From an uncultured Alphaproteobacteria bacterium (GTDB lineage Bacteria; Pseudomonadota; Alphaproteobacteria; Rhizobiales; Hyphomicrobiaceae), in NCBI GenBank assembly GCA_963778225.1, contig CAVZTR010000012.1, positions 239,254 to 303,253 of the forward strand: a stretch of 64,000 nucleotides of DNA. The letters run 5' to 3'. This document shows, piece by piece, positions 11,590 to 19,563 of this stretch; the stretch's first letter is position 1, and each line of letters begins with the position of its first letter. The notes under the pieces were generated by a model. It saw only the letters and a list, made by a program, of their open reading frames with translations. It made no database searches and was not told the DNA's origin. The translations under genes were made by a program, and so were the position numbers.

Positions 11590-11701
11590 CTGGACAGCGC
11601 GGCGCCGAGGACACGCTTTTTCCAGCAAAGTCATGGTAACGCTTGCGGTGTTGACCGCGCCGGAGATCGACTTGGCGCGCCTCTGCCTGTGGAGATCTTG
11701 A

Positions 11702-12064
11702 ATGCTCAGTCCTCGCTTGAAAACCCTATCTCTTGCCCTTGCTGCCGGGTTCGCTGTGGCGAGCATAGCGCCGGCCGAGGCAGGCTTCCGGCGCGACCGC
11801 GGCTACAACGGGCAGGATGGCTACGTCGTTGCGAACAGCCGCTTCGGCAATGGCAGCGTGCGGGGCCGGGTGCGGGAGGGGCGCAACGGGCTTCAGGTGC
11901 AGCTGCCCGGCGGCACATGGGAATACTGCCGCGCCAGCTGTTCGGAGACGCTCCGCGTGGAAGTGCTCGATATGTTCGAGTACCAGGGCGAGATGAAGGG
12001 CTATGGCACAGCATCGCAAGAGTGCGGCGTGTTCGGGTGCCTCGGCGCGAGCTGGCCGTACTGA
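11702..12064 (+). CDS. hypothetical secreted Cys-containing small protein
   Basis: 120 aa with a signal peptide (LSLALAAGFAVASIAPAEA) and four Cys in the mature part. Confidence 0.6.
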   Translation: MLSPRLKTLSLALAAGFAVASIAPAEAGFRRDRGYNGQDGYVVANSRFGNGSVRGRVREGRNGLQVQLPGGTWEYCRASCSETLRVEVLDMFEYQGEMKGYGTASQECGVFGCLGASWPY

Positions 12065-12068
12065 TCGT

Positions 12069-12725
12069 TCAGGTTAGAAACGGATTGGACCGGCGCTCGG
12101 CACCAATGGTGCTCGTGGGACCGTGTCCACAGATGAACGCGAACTCGTCTCCGAGCGGGAAGAGCTTGGTTTTGATGGCGTTGATCAGCGCGTCATGATC
12201 GCCATAAGGGAAGTCGGTGCGACCGATAGATCCGCGGAAGAGGACGTCACCGGCGAGCATGAACTTTTGCCGCTTGTTGACGAACACGACGGAGCCTGGC
12301 GAGTGGCCTGGGCAGTGTAAAATCTCGAACGTGTGGCCTGCAACCGTGACCATCTCGCCTTCGTCGAGCCACCGATCGGGCGTGACGTTGCGGGCGGGAA
12401 TGCTGTAGGCGGCGCCCTGAGCTTCGAGGTTGTCGAGCAGGATCTTGTCGGCCTTGTGCGGGCCTTCGATTTTCACGCCGAGGCTTTTGCGCAGTTCATC
12501 GGCACCGCCAGCATGGTCGATGTGGCCATGAGTAAGAAGAATTTTTTCGATCTTCAAACCAACTTCGGCAATGGCTGCCTGGATCTGCCCGAGGTCTCCA
12601 CCTGGATCGACGACCGCGCCGATCTTTGTCGCCTCATCCCAGATCAATGTGCAGTTCTGCTGGAATGGCGTGACGGGAATGATCGCCGCCTTGAGCCCGA
12701 CAGTCGCATCAGCCCGTTCGTTCAT
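12069..12725 (-). CDS. MBL-fold metallo-hydrolase (glyoxalase II-like)
   Basis: LLTHGHIDHAGG motif and later His/Asp ligands (HCPGHSPGS), 218 aa. Confidence 0.85.
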   Translation of the reverse strand: MNERADATVGLKAAIIPVTPFQQNCTLIWDEATKIGAVVDPGGDLGQIQAAIAEVGLKIEKILLTHGHIDHAGGADELRKSLGVKIEGPHKADKILLDNLEAQGAAYSIPARNVTPDRWLDEGEMVTVAGHTFEILHCPGHSPGSVVFVNKRQKFMLAGDVLFRGSIGRTDFPYGDHDALINAIKTKLFPLGDEFAFICGHGPTSTIGAERRSNPFLT

Positions 12726-12844
12726 ATCGCCTCCGGTCAGGCGCGCTGCGCCTCGGCTTCCTTTTGCACGTTACGTAGTGCGATCGATGCCTCTGCGCGA
12801 GAACTTTCACGCCGCGGGTATGGTTCAGCCCCGAGAACTGCCAT

Positions 12845-13366
12845 TCACCGGCTTTTGACGGGTAAGGGATGGAGGGGCGGTATGACGGCGGCGGCGAGTT
12901 GGAGGTGGCCCGAGATCACGCCGCGCAATTTGCCCATATCACCAGCAACTGCCCGCAACTTGGGCGCGGGGCCCTGAACGAGGATCACCTCAAGCGTCTT
13001 CTCACCCGTGAGATGGACGTGCAGCGAGGAGATCACTTCATCAATATAGCGGCGCTGCAGGACGGCCAGGCGCTGTTGCAGACCGCCGACAGTGTGATCG
13101 TAGAAGAGGGTGATGGTGCCGACCATCACGTCGTCGCCCAACTCACTTTTCGTATCGACCAGCGCGCGGTGGACGAAATCCGCAACTGCCTGAGATCGGC
13201 TCTGAAATCCGCGTTGAGCAACGACTTGGTCGAGATCGGTGAGAAGCTCTTCCGACAGTGAAATGGTGATGCGGCTGACGGGGCCGCGCTTTTGCGGTGG
13301 CGCGTCGTTCGCGCGCGTACGCTGAGACGCCGTGGTTCTCTTGGAACGCGTCGTTCTCACCACCAT
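12845..13366 (-). CDS. NikR-family (ribbon-helix-helix + ACT-like) transcriptional regulator with a basic N-terminal arm
   Basis: RITISLSEELLTDLDQVVAQRGFQSRSQAVADFV aligns with the NikR RHH domain, and ...LHVHL... with the NikR metal-binding domain. Start set at ATG 13366 (GGAGG 9 nt upstream); the track ORF extends to 13435. Confidence 0.8.
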   Translation of the reverse strand: MVVRTTRSKRTTASQRTRANDAPPQKRGPVSRITISLSEELLTDLDQVVAQRGFQSRSQAVADFVHRALVDTKSELGDDVMVGTITLFYDHTVGGLQQRLAVLQRRYIDEVISSLHVHLTGEKTLEVILVQGPAPKLRAVAGDMGKLRGVISGHLQLAAAVIPPLHPLPVKSR

Positions 13367-13409
13367 GGCGGACATCCCTCCGGTTGGCACGGTCCGTGCT
13401 CTCTCGACA

Positions 13410-13437
13410 GTATGACGATTTCTTGCAATCGTCATAC
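13410..13437. promoter_or_regulatory. NikR-type operator, perfect 28-bp palindrome GTATGACGAT-N8-ATCGTCATAC (= GTATGA-N16-TCATAC)
   Basis: Read directly in the 95-bp divergent intergenic region between the nikR-like gene and the creatininase-family gene, 24 bp upstream of ATG 13462. It matches the E. coli NikR operator half-sites and spacing. Confidence 0.65.
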
Positions 13438-13461
13438 CGCTTCAGCAGAGGGGACGCATCG

Positions 13462-14229
13462 ATGATGTGGGCAGACAAGGCTTGGCCGGAAATTCCAGGC
13501 GCGCTCGCGGCGGTCAACGGTGCCGCGATTCTTCCAGTGGGCGCGACAGAGCAGCATGGTCCGCAGCTGGGATGCGGAATGGATTTCGTGCTTGCCGACA
13601 AGCTCTGCCGGAAAGTCGCCGACGTCACCGGCGTACCGATGCTGCCGACCATGCCCTACGGTTGCTCCATCGGCCACAGCAAGCGCTGGCCGGGGACGAT
13701 CGCGCTCGACCCGGCAGTGATGACCACGCTCGTCACGCAGATTGGGACCTGGGCCTATCACTCCGGCGTGCGGCGGCTCTTCATCGTCAACACGCATGTG
13801 ACGAACTTCGCGCCGCTCAGATGCGCGCTGGAAAACCTACGCGCAACCTTCGACGATCTCATGGTCTGCGTGATCAACACCGGACAAATGACGCCGCGGG
13901 TCAAGGCGGTCCACTTCGCCGATGGCGACGACTGGCATGCGAACGACGCGGAGACATCGTTGATGCTCGCCGTGGCGCCGGAAATCGTGCGCGAGGATCA
14001 GATCGCCACGGCGGACGATCCCGATCGGACGGAAGGCTTGGTGTTCTCACATCCCGTGAACCGCACCAGCAAAAACGGCGTCACCGGCTATCCAAGCCGC
14101 GCGACGAAGAAGAAGGGCGAAGACCTGTTCGCCATGATGGTCGAGGACCTCGCGGACATGATCCAACGCGGCATGAAAGAAACGCCGCCCCTGGACGCAT
14201 CGTACAACACGCCCTTCTCCAGCATTTGA
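13462..14229 (+). CDS. creatininase-family amidohydrolase
   Basis: ILPVGATEQHGPQLGCGMD matches the creatininase-family metal-binding motif (E-x-H ... D), about 255 aa. Start at ATG 13462 (MMWADK...). Confidence 0.85.
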   Translation: MMWADKAWPEIPGALAAVNGAAILPVGATEQHGPQLGCGMDFVLADKLCRKVADVTGVPMLPTMPYGCSIGHSKRWPGTIALDPAVMTTLVTQIGTWAYHSGVRRLFIVNTHVTNFAPLRCALENLRATFDDLMVCVINTGQMTPRVKAVHFADGDDWHANDAETSLMLAVAPEIVREDQIATADDPDRTEGLVFSHPVNRTSKNGVTGYPSRATKKKGEDLFAMMVEDLADMIQRGMKETPPLDASYNTPFSSI

Positions 14230-14256
14230 TAGCCAAAACCACTTTGGGGGACACCG

Positions 14257-15618
14257 ATGGCTCACGATCCGAAACTCGAAGCGCTGATGACGGACCTGAA
14301 GGCGCGCGGCGTCAAGTACTGCATGGGTGCCTACGTCGACATCCACGGCTGCCAGAAGGGCAAGGTCGTGCCGATCGATCACTTGCACCACATGGCGGCA
14401 GGGTCCGAGCTCTACACCGGCTATGCCGTCGACGGCATGGGGCAGGCGCCGAACGACGACGAGTTCGCATCCATCCCGGACTTCAATGCTCTCGTGCAGC
14501 TGCCGTGGGAGCCGAAAATCGCGTGGATGCCGGCTGATATTCATTTCAAGGGCAAGCCGTATCCGCTCTCGACTCGCGTTGCTTTGCAGAACGTGCAGGC
14601 TGAAGCTGCAAAGATGGGGCTCGGGTTCAATCTCGGCATCGAGTGCGAGATTTTCGTTCTGAAGAAAATGCCAGACGGCTCGCTTGCGATCCCCAACCCC
14701 GACGATAAGCTGATCAAGCCCTGCTACGACATCCGCGGCTTCATGGGTAACTTCACGTGGCTCGACCGGATGGCGACGACCATCAACGATCTGGGCTGGG
14801 ATCTCTATTCGTTCGATCACGAAGATGCCAACGGGCAATACGAGTTTGACTTCACCTATGCAGATGCACTGACGACATGCGACCGGTTCACGTTTTTCCG
14901 GATGATGGCCAAGCAATATGCGGAAGATCTCGGGCTTCTTGCGACGCTGATGCCGAAGCCCTATGCCAATCGCACAGGCAACGGCGCACATTTCAACATG
15001 TCGCTCTATGAGCTGAACACGAAAGAGAACCTCTTCAAGTGCAAGCCGGAGGACGATCCGCGCGGGCTCGGGCTGACGCCGATGGGCTATCACTTCATCG
15101 GTGGAATTCTGCGGCACGGCCGGGCGCTGTGCGCCACGTTCGCGCCGACCGTGAACAGCTACAAGCGTCTCGTGCGGCGCGGTTCGATGGCCACGTTCTC
15201 GTGGGCACCGGTGTTTAATTCCTATGGCTCGAACAACCGGACGAACTCAATTCGTGTTCCGATGGGCGGCGGGCGTTGCGAGAGCCGAAACGCGGACGGC
15301 GCCGTCAATCCTTATCTGGCGGCGACGCTTGCTCTTGCCGCGGGTCTCGAGGGCGTGCGCGAGAAAATCGATCCGGGGATGCCCAACGACGACAACCTCT
15401 ACGAGATCAGCGAGGACGCACGGCGTGCGCGCGGCATCGACTTCCTGCCGCAGAACCTCGATGAGGCGGTCGATGCGTTCGAGGCCGATCCACTCGTCGA
15501 AAAGACGCTCGGCACGGCTCTGCGTGACGAGTTCGTGCGCTACAAGCGCGACGAGTGGCGCGAGTATCACCTCTCGATCTCTTCGTGGGAAATCGAGCGC
15601 TACAGTCACCTCTTCTAA
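14257..15618 (+). CDS. glutamine synthetase family protein (type III GlnT / gamma-glutamyl-amide synthetase-like)
   Basis: 453 aa with GS-like N-terminal beta-grasp ([22 protein letters not shown]) and catalytic domain motifs ([17 protein letters not shown]...ESR). Confidence 0.9.
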   Translation: MAHDPKLEALMTDLKARGVKYCMGAYVDIHGCQKGKVVPIDHLHHMAAGSELYTGYAVDGMGQAPNDDEFASIPDFNALVQLPWEPKIAWMPADIHFKGKPYPLSTRVALQNVQAEAAKMGLGFNLGIECEIFVLKKMPDGSLAIPNPDDKLIKPCYDIRGFMGNFTWLDRMATTINDLGWDLYSFDHEDANGQYEFDFTYADALTTCDRFTFFRMMAKQYAEDLGLLATLMPKPYANRTGNGAHFNMSLYELNTKENLFKCKPEDDPRGLGLTPMGYHFIGGILRHGRALCATFAPTVNSYKRLVRRGSMATFSWAPVFNSYGSNNRTNSIRVPMGGGRCESRNADGAVNPYLAATLALAAGLEGVREKIDPGMPNDDNLYEISEDARRARGIDFLPQNLDEAVDAFEADPLVEKTLGTALRDEFVRYKRDEWREYHLSISSWEIERYSHLF

Positions 15619-15627
15619 GCGGACCCG

Positions 15628-17391
15628 TTATTCGCTACCGGCTGTCGCAACCGAGACGAAGCTTTCGCGTGCGCGCTTGACGGCTTCAGGGTTGCGGTCT
15701 GCCGTGTAGTAGTCGCCCATCACCAGCGCGTCCATGTCGGTGCGGTGGAAGCAGGAGATCGCCTGCTCGGGCGAGTTCACAACCGGTTCCTGCCGGTTGA
15801 AGCTCGTGTTGAGTATCACCGGGATGCCGGTGAGCTTGGCATATTCCTCGATGACGCCGTAGTAGCGCGGGTTCGCGGAGCGCTCGATTGTCTGGATTCG
15901 GCCGGTGCCATCGACGTGAGCGGCGGCGGGGATCAGGTGCACCTTGTCCGGGTGGATGCGCGGCGCGAGTGTCATGAAGGGGTCGGGCTGGGAGACCTCG
16001 AAGAACTCTTGCGCGCGCTCCAGCAGCACGACGGGTGCGAACGGGCGGAAGGCCTCGCGGTGCTTGATCTTGGCGTTGATCAGATCCTTGATCTTATTGT
16101 CTCGCGCGTCCGACAGGATGGAGCGGTTACCCAGCGCGCGCGGACCCATCTCGGCGCGGCCCTGGAACCAGCCGACGATCTTCTGCTCGCTCAGAAGATG
16201 GGCGACGAGCCGCAACAAATCGGCTTCCTCGAATTTCTTGTAAACGAGACCAGCCTTGTCGAGCGCCGCCCGGATTTCGGCGTCGGTAAAGCCCTTGCCA
16301 TAGAAGGCGTGCGTCATCTCGAAGGTGCGCGGGTTGCCGAGCGTCTGGTGCCAGTGCCACAGCGCTGAACCCAGCGGTGCGCCGGTGTCGGAGGCGCACG
16401 GCGGCACCCAAACGCGCTCAAACTTCGTGTCGCGCAGGATGCGGGCGTTGGCGACGCAGTTGAGACCAACGCCTCCGGAGATGACGAGATTGCGCGACGA
16501 CTGACGCTTTTCCATATCGCGAACGATGTGGAGGATGGTCTCTTCGATGACGGCCTGGAGTGCGCGGGCGATGTCACGGTGATGGTCGGTCAGCGGATCC
16601 GTGCGCGAGCGCGGCGGACCGAAGGTCTCGTAGAACTTCCACTTGAAGGGACGCACGAGGCCGTGCGTATCGAACGACACGTAATCGCGATTGATGCGGA
16701 ACTGACCGTCCGGCAGAAGCTGAATGAGATCCTTGAAGCGATCGATGTAGGTCGGCCCGCCGCAGGCGGCGAGCGCCATGACGGTCCCTTCCTCGAACAC
16801 CTTGAAGCCAAGGTATTCGGTCACGCATGTGTAGAGCATGCCGAGGCTGTCGAAGAAGTGGCTCTGCCACACCCGCTCGATCCTGGTGCCCTGGCCGATG
16901 TAGCCACTGGTGGAGGTATCGTCGCCGTAGCCGTCCATGACGAGCACAGCGGCTTCCTCGAATGGCGAGACGTTGAACACGGCTGCGTGGGCGTTGTGGT
17001 GGGAAACCTGGACGATCTTCGGCACCTTGCGGTAGCCGTACCGCTTGCCGAGGCCCATCCAGAGACGGAACGGGAGATTGACGATCGCGGAGGCTTGCAC
17101 GCGGTGCGCCGCCGGCCGGAGCAGATTGAGGCTCGACGGCAGATTGCTGGTGACGTTGTTGTAGAATGTGGGGCGGAGGCGATCCATCTCCCAAGGCGTC
17201 GTTACGACGTCGATATCGTCGAAAGAGAGGCGCCCGTCGCCGAAGATCGTATCGAGGCAATGTGTGGGAAACTCGAGCGTGTGCTTCTGACGGTTGAAGC
17301 GCTCTTCTTCAAGGATGTACGCCGGTTGACCGCTCTGCAGAAGAGCGAGGCCGGTGTCATGCGACTTGGTGACGATCCCGAGTATGTTCAC
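15628..17391 (-). CDS. carbamoyltransferase (NodU/CmcH family)
   Basis: NILGI...HDTGLALL N-terminus, ERF.R.KH, HH.AH and C-terminal YrdC/Kae1-like regions typical of NodU-family O-carbamoyltransferases. GTG 17391 proposed as the start; the track ORF extends to 17517. Confidence 0.85.
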   Translation of the reverse strand: MNILGIVTKSHDTGLALLQSGQPAYILEEERFNRQKHTLEFPTHCLDTIFGDGRLSFDDIDVVTTPWEMDRLRPTFYNNVTSNLPSSLNLLRPAAHRVQASAIVNLPFRLWMGLGKRYGYRKVPKIVQVSHHNAHAAVFNVSPFEEAAVLVMDGYGDDTSTSGYIGQGTRIERVWQSHFFDSLGMLYTCVTEYLGFKVFEEGTVMALAACGGPTYIDRFKDLIQLLPDGQFRINRDYVSFDTHGLVRPFKWKFYETFGPPRSRTDPLTDHHRDIARALQAVIEETILHIVRDMEKRQSSRNLVISGGVGLNCVANARILRDTKFERVWVPPCASDTGAPLGSALWHWHQTLGNPRTFEMTHAFYGKGFTDAEIRAALDKAGLVYKKFEEADLLRLVAHLLSEQKIVGWFQGRAEMGPRALGNRSILSDARDNKIKDLINAKIKHREAFRPFAPVVLLERAQEFFEVSQPDPFMTLAPRIHPDKVHLIPAAAHVDGTGRIQTIERSANPRYYGVIEEYAKLTGIPVILNTSFNRQEPVVNSPEQAISCFHRTDMDALVMGDYYTADRNPEAVKRARESFVSVATAGSE

Positions 17392-17685
17392 AGTGATCCA
17401 GTCCCGTTTGCCGAGTGTGTAGCGCCATCCGATACCGGCTTGCGCGCGTGCGAACCAGGGTTCGCGCTTGCATGTCGCAGCCGTACGCGGGTGGTTAAGA
17501 CAGGTCGCCAACCGCATTGATGAAGCTCAGTTCCACGCGTATCTGTCCACTGACGTGCTACGGTCACGTTAACCGGCTCACAGGTTGCATATGTCCGACA
17601 TGCGCGCGGTGTCGCGGCTGACGGCGAGTGGGCGACTGTGTAGCCTTGTCGCGAAACGATATTCTGCCCTGCGGGACCAGCCGGA

Positions 17686-18060
17686 ATGCAATTGAGGGAC
17701 ATGCAGTTTGCGAAGATCACCGGGACCGAAGTGACGGTTAAGGTGAGCTCTGCGGCCGAGGCCAAGTCGGCGATCAAGGAACTCCGGCATAAGAAGAAAG
17801 AGGTCGGGCTCCTGAAGCGGCGGGTCGCGGCTGAATTGAAGCGAGCGCGAACGGCCGAGGCAAAGGCGGAACGGGCAGCTGCCCGGACCCGGCGACAGTC
17901 GGGGTTTTTCGCGGCGCTCGGACGGCTCTCCTCGGCATTTAGCAGCGACGATCATTCTGGCGACGTGGAACGGCTGGAAAAGGATCTCGTTCACACGGAA
18001 GAGATCTTGCACAACATCGAGAGCTGCATCATTCAGCTCGAAGGCAAACTTCTCAGTTGA
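17686..18060 (+). CDS. hypothetical coiled-coil protein
   Basis: 124-aa ORF with a Lys/Arg/Glu-rich helical middle. Its stop overlaps the thiS start (TTGA). No family recognised. Confidence 0.45.
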   Translation: MQLRDMQFAKITGTEVTVKVSSAAEAKSAIKELRHKKKEVGLLKRRVAAELKRARTAEAKAERAAARTRRQSGFFAALGRLSSAFSSDDHSGDVERLEKDLVHTEEILHNIESCIIQLEGKLLS

Positions 18061-18290
18061 GCCCCTGCACAGTGACCCAGAGACGCGAACCCATATCTCT
18101 CACGGTGAATGGTGAGGCGCGTGTCACCCACGCACAGACGCTGGCTGATCTCATCGCGACGGAAGATTTTGGGGAAACGCGCGTAGCAACGGCGGTGAAC
18201 GGGGCTTTCGTTCCGGTACGCGCCCGCGGCGATCGCCAGCTCGAATCCGGCGATCGCATCGAGATCCTGTCCGCGCGTCAAGGCGGGTGA
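18057..18290 (+). CDS. thiS: sulfur carrier protein ThiS
   Basis: ISLTVNGEA...LADLI...VATAVNGAFVP...L..GDRIEILSARQGG with the C-terminal Gly-Gly typical of ThiS. Start uncertain (TTG 18057 or GTG 18072). Confidence 0.75.
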   Translation: MSPCTVTQRREPISLTVNGEARVTHAQTLADLIATEDFGETRVATAVNGAFVPVRARGDRQLESGDRIEILSARQGG

Positions 18291-18293
18291 GCC

Positions 18294-19425
18294 TTACTCG
18301 ATATCTTCGACCACCGCGCCATTGCCGCCCTTGATGCGGGCGGAGAGCGTGGCCTGGATAAAGGGATCGATGTCGCCGTCGAGCACATCGTCGGGCGCGG
18401 TAGACTGCTCGCCGGTGCGCAGATCCTTTACGAGCTGGTAGGGCTGCAGCACGTACGAGCGGATCTGATGCCCCCACCCGATGTCGGTTTTGGCGGCCTG
18501 GTCGGCTGAGGCTTTCTCTTCGCGCCGCTTCAGTTCCATTTCGTAGAGCTTCGCCTTCAGGCGCTTGAAGGCGATGTCCTTGTTCTGGTGCTGTGAGCGC
18601 TGCTCCTGGGCGAAGATCACGATACCCGACGGCCTGTGCACGAGGCGGACCGCACTTTCCGTGCGGTTGACGTGCTGACCGCCTGCGCCCGAAGCCCGAG
18701 CAAACGAGATCTCGACGTCCCCGGGGTTCACGTCGACGTCGATCGTGTCGTCGATCACCGGGTAGACCTGAACCGAGGCGAAGCTCGTATGGCGGCGTGC
18801 GTTGGAATCGTACGGTGAGATGCGGACCAAACGGTGCACGCCGCCTTCGGTCTTCAACAAGCCGAATGCGTTCTCGCCTTCGATTTCGAGCGTGGCTGAC
18901 TTGATGCCCGCTTCTTCCCCAGGGCTCTCGTCGATCAACTTTACCTTGAAACCGCGGCGCTCGGCCCAGCGCATGTACATGCGCAAAAGCATCGACGCCC
19001 AATCCTGGCTCTCGGTGCCGCCCGCTCCCGCGTGCACTTCGAGATAGGTATTCATGCCGTCGGCTTCGCCGGAGAGCAAAGCTTCCACGCTGCGCTGCTG
19101 GACTTCGTGGTCCAGTTTTTCGAGCAGGGCCTCGGCTTCCGCGACGGTCGAGGCGTCACCTTCGGCCTCACCCATCTCGATGAGGGTGACGTTGTCTTCG
19201 AGTTCTTGCTGCATGCGCTTGAAGCTCGACAGCGACTTCTCCAGCGACTGGCGCTGGCGCATCACCTTCTGAGCTTCGGCAGGCTTGGCCCAAATGGCCG
19301 GATCTTCGGCGCGGCGATTTAGTTCGCCAAGACGCTCTTCGGCTTGGTCCGGGTCAAAGATACCTCCTCAGAAGCGCGAGCGCTTCTTGGATGCTATCGA
19401 CGGTTTTTTGCGCTTCAGCGCGCAT
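18294..19425 (-). CDS. prfB: peptide chain release factor 2, with programmed +1 ribosomal frameshift
   Basis: Frame 0 runs from ATG 19425 for 23 codons ([23 protein letters not shown]) to CTT TGA C at 19353-19359, preceded by AGGAGG. The +1 frame continues DPDQAEERL... to the stop at 18294. SPF and GGQ (SGAGGQHVN) motifs are present. Confidence 0.95.
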
Positions 19426-19563
19426 GAGGATGTTCTCCGGAAACAATTTCGAAGCGGAAGGGAATACGATCGTCACGCATATAGTGTTGGCCTGAGGTCC
19501 TGTAAACGCTGCAAGCGGAGAGGGACGGTTCGGTCGCGGGATAAAATCTTGTTCGTGCCCGCG

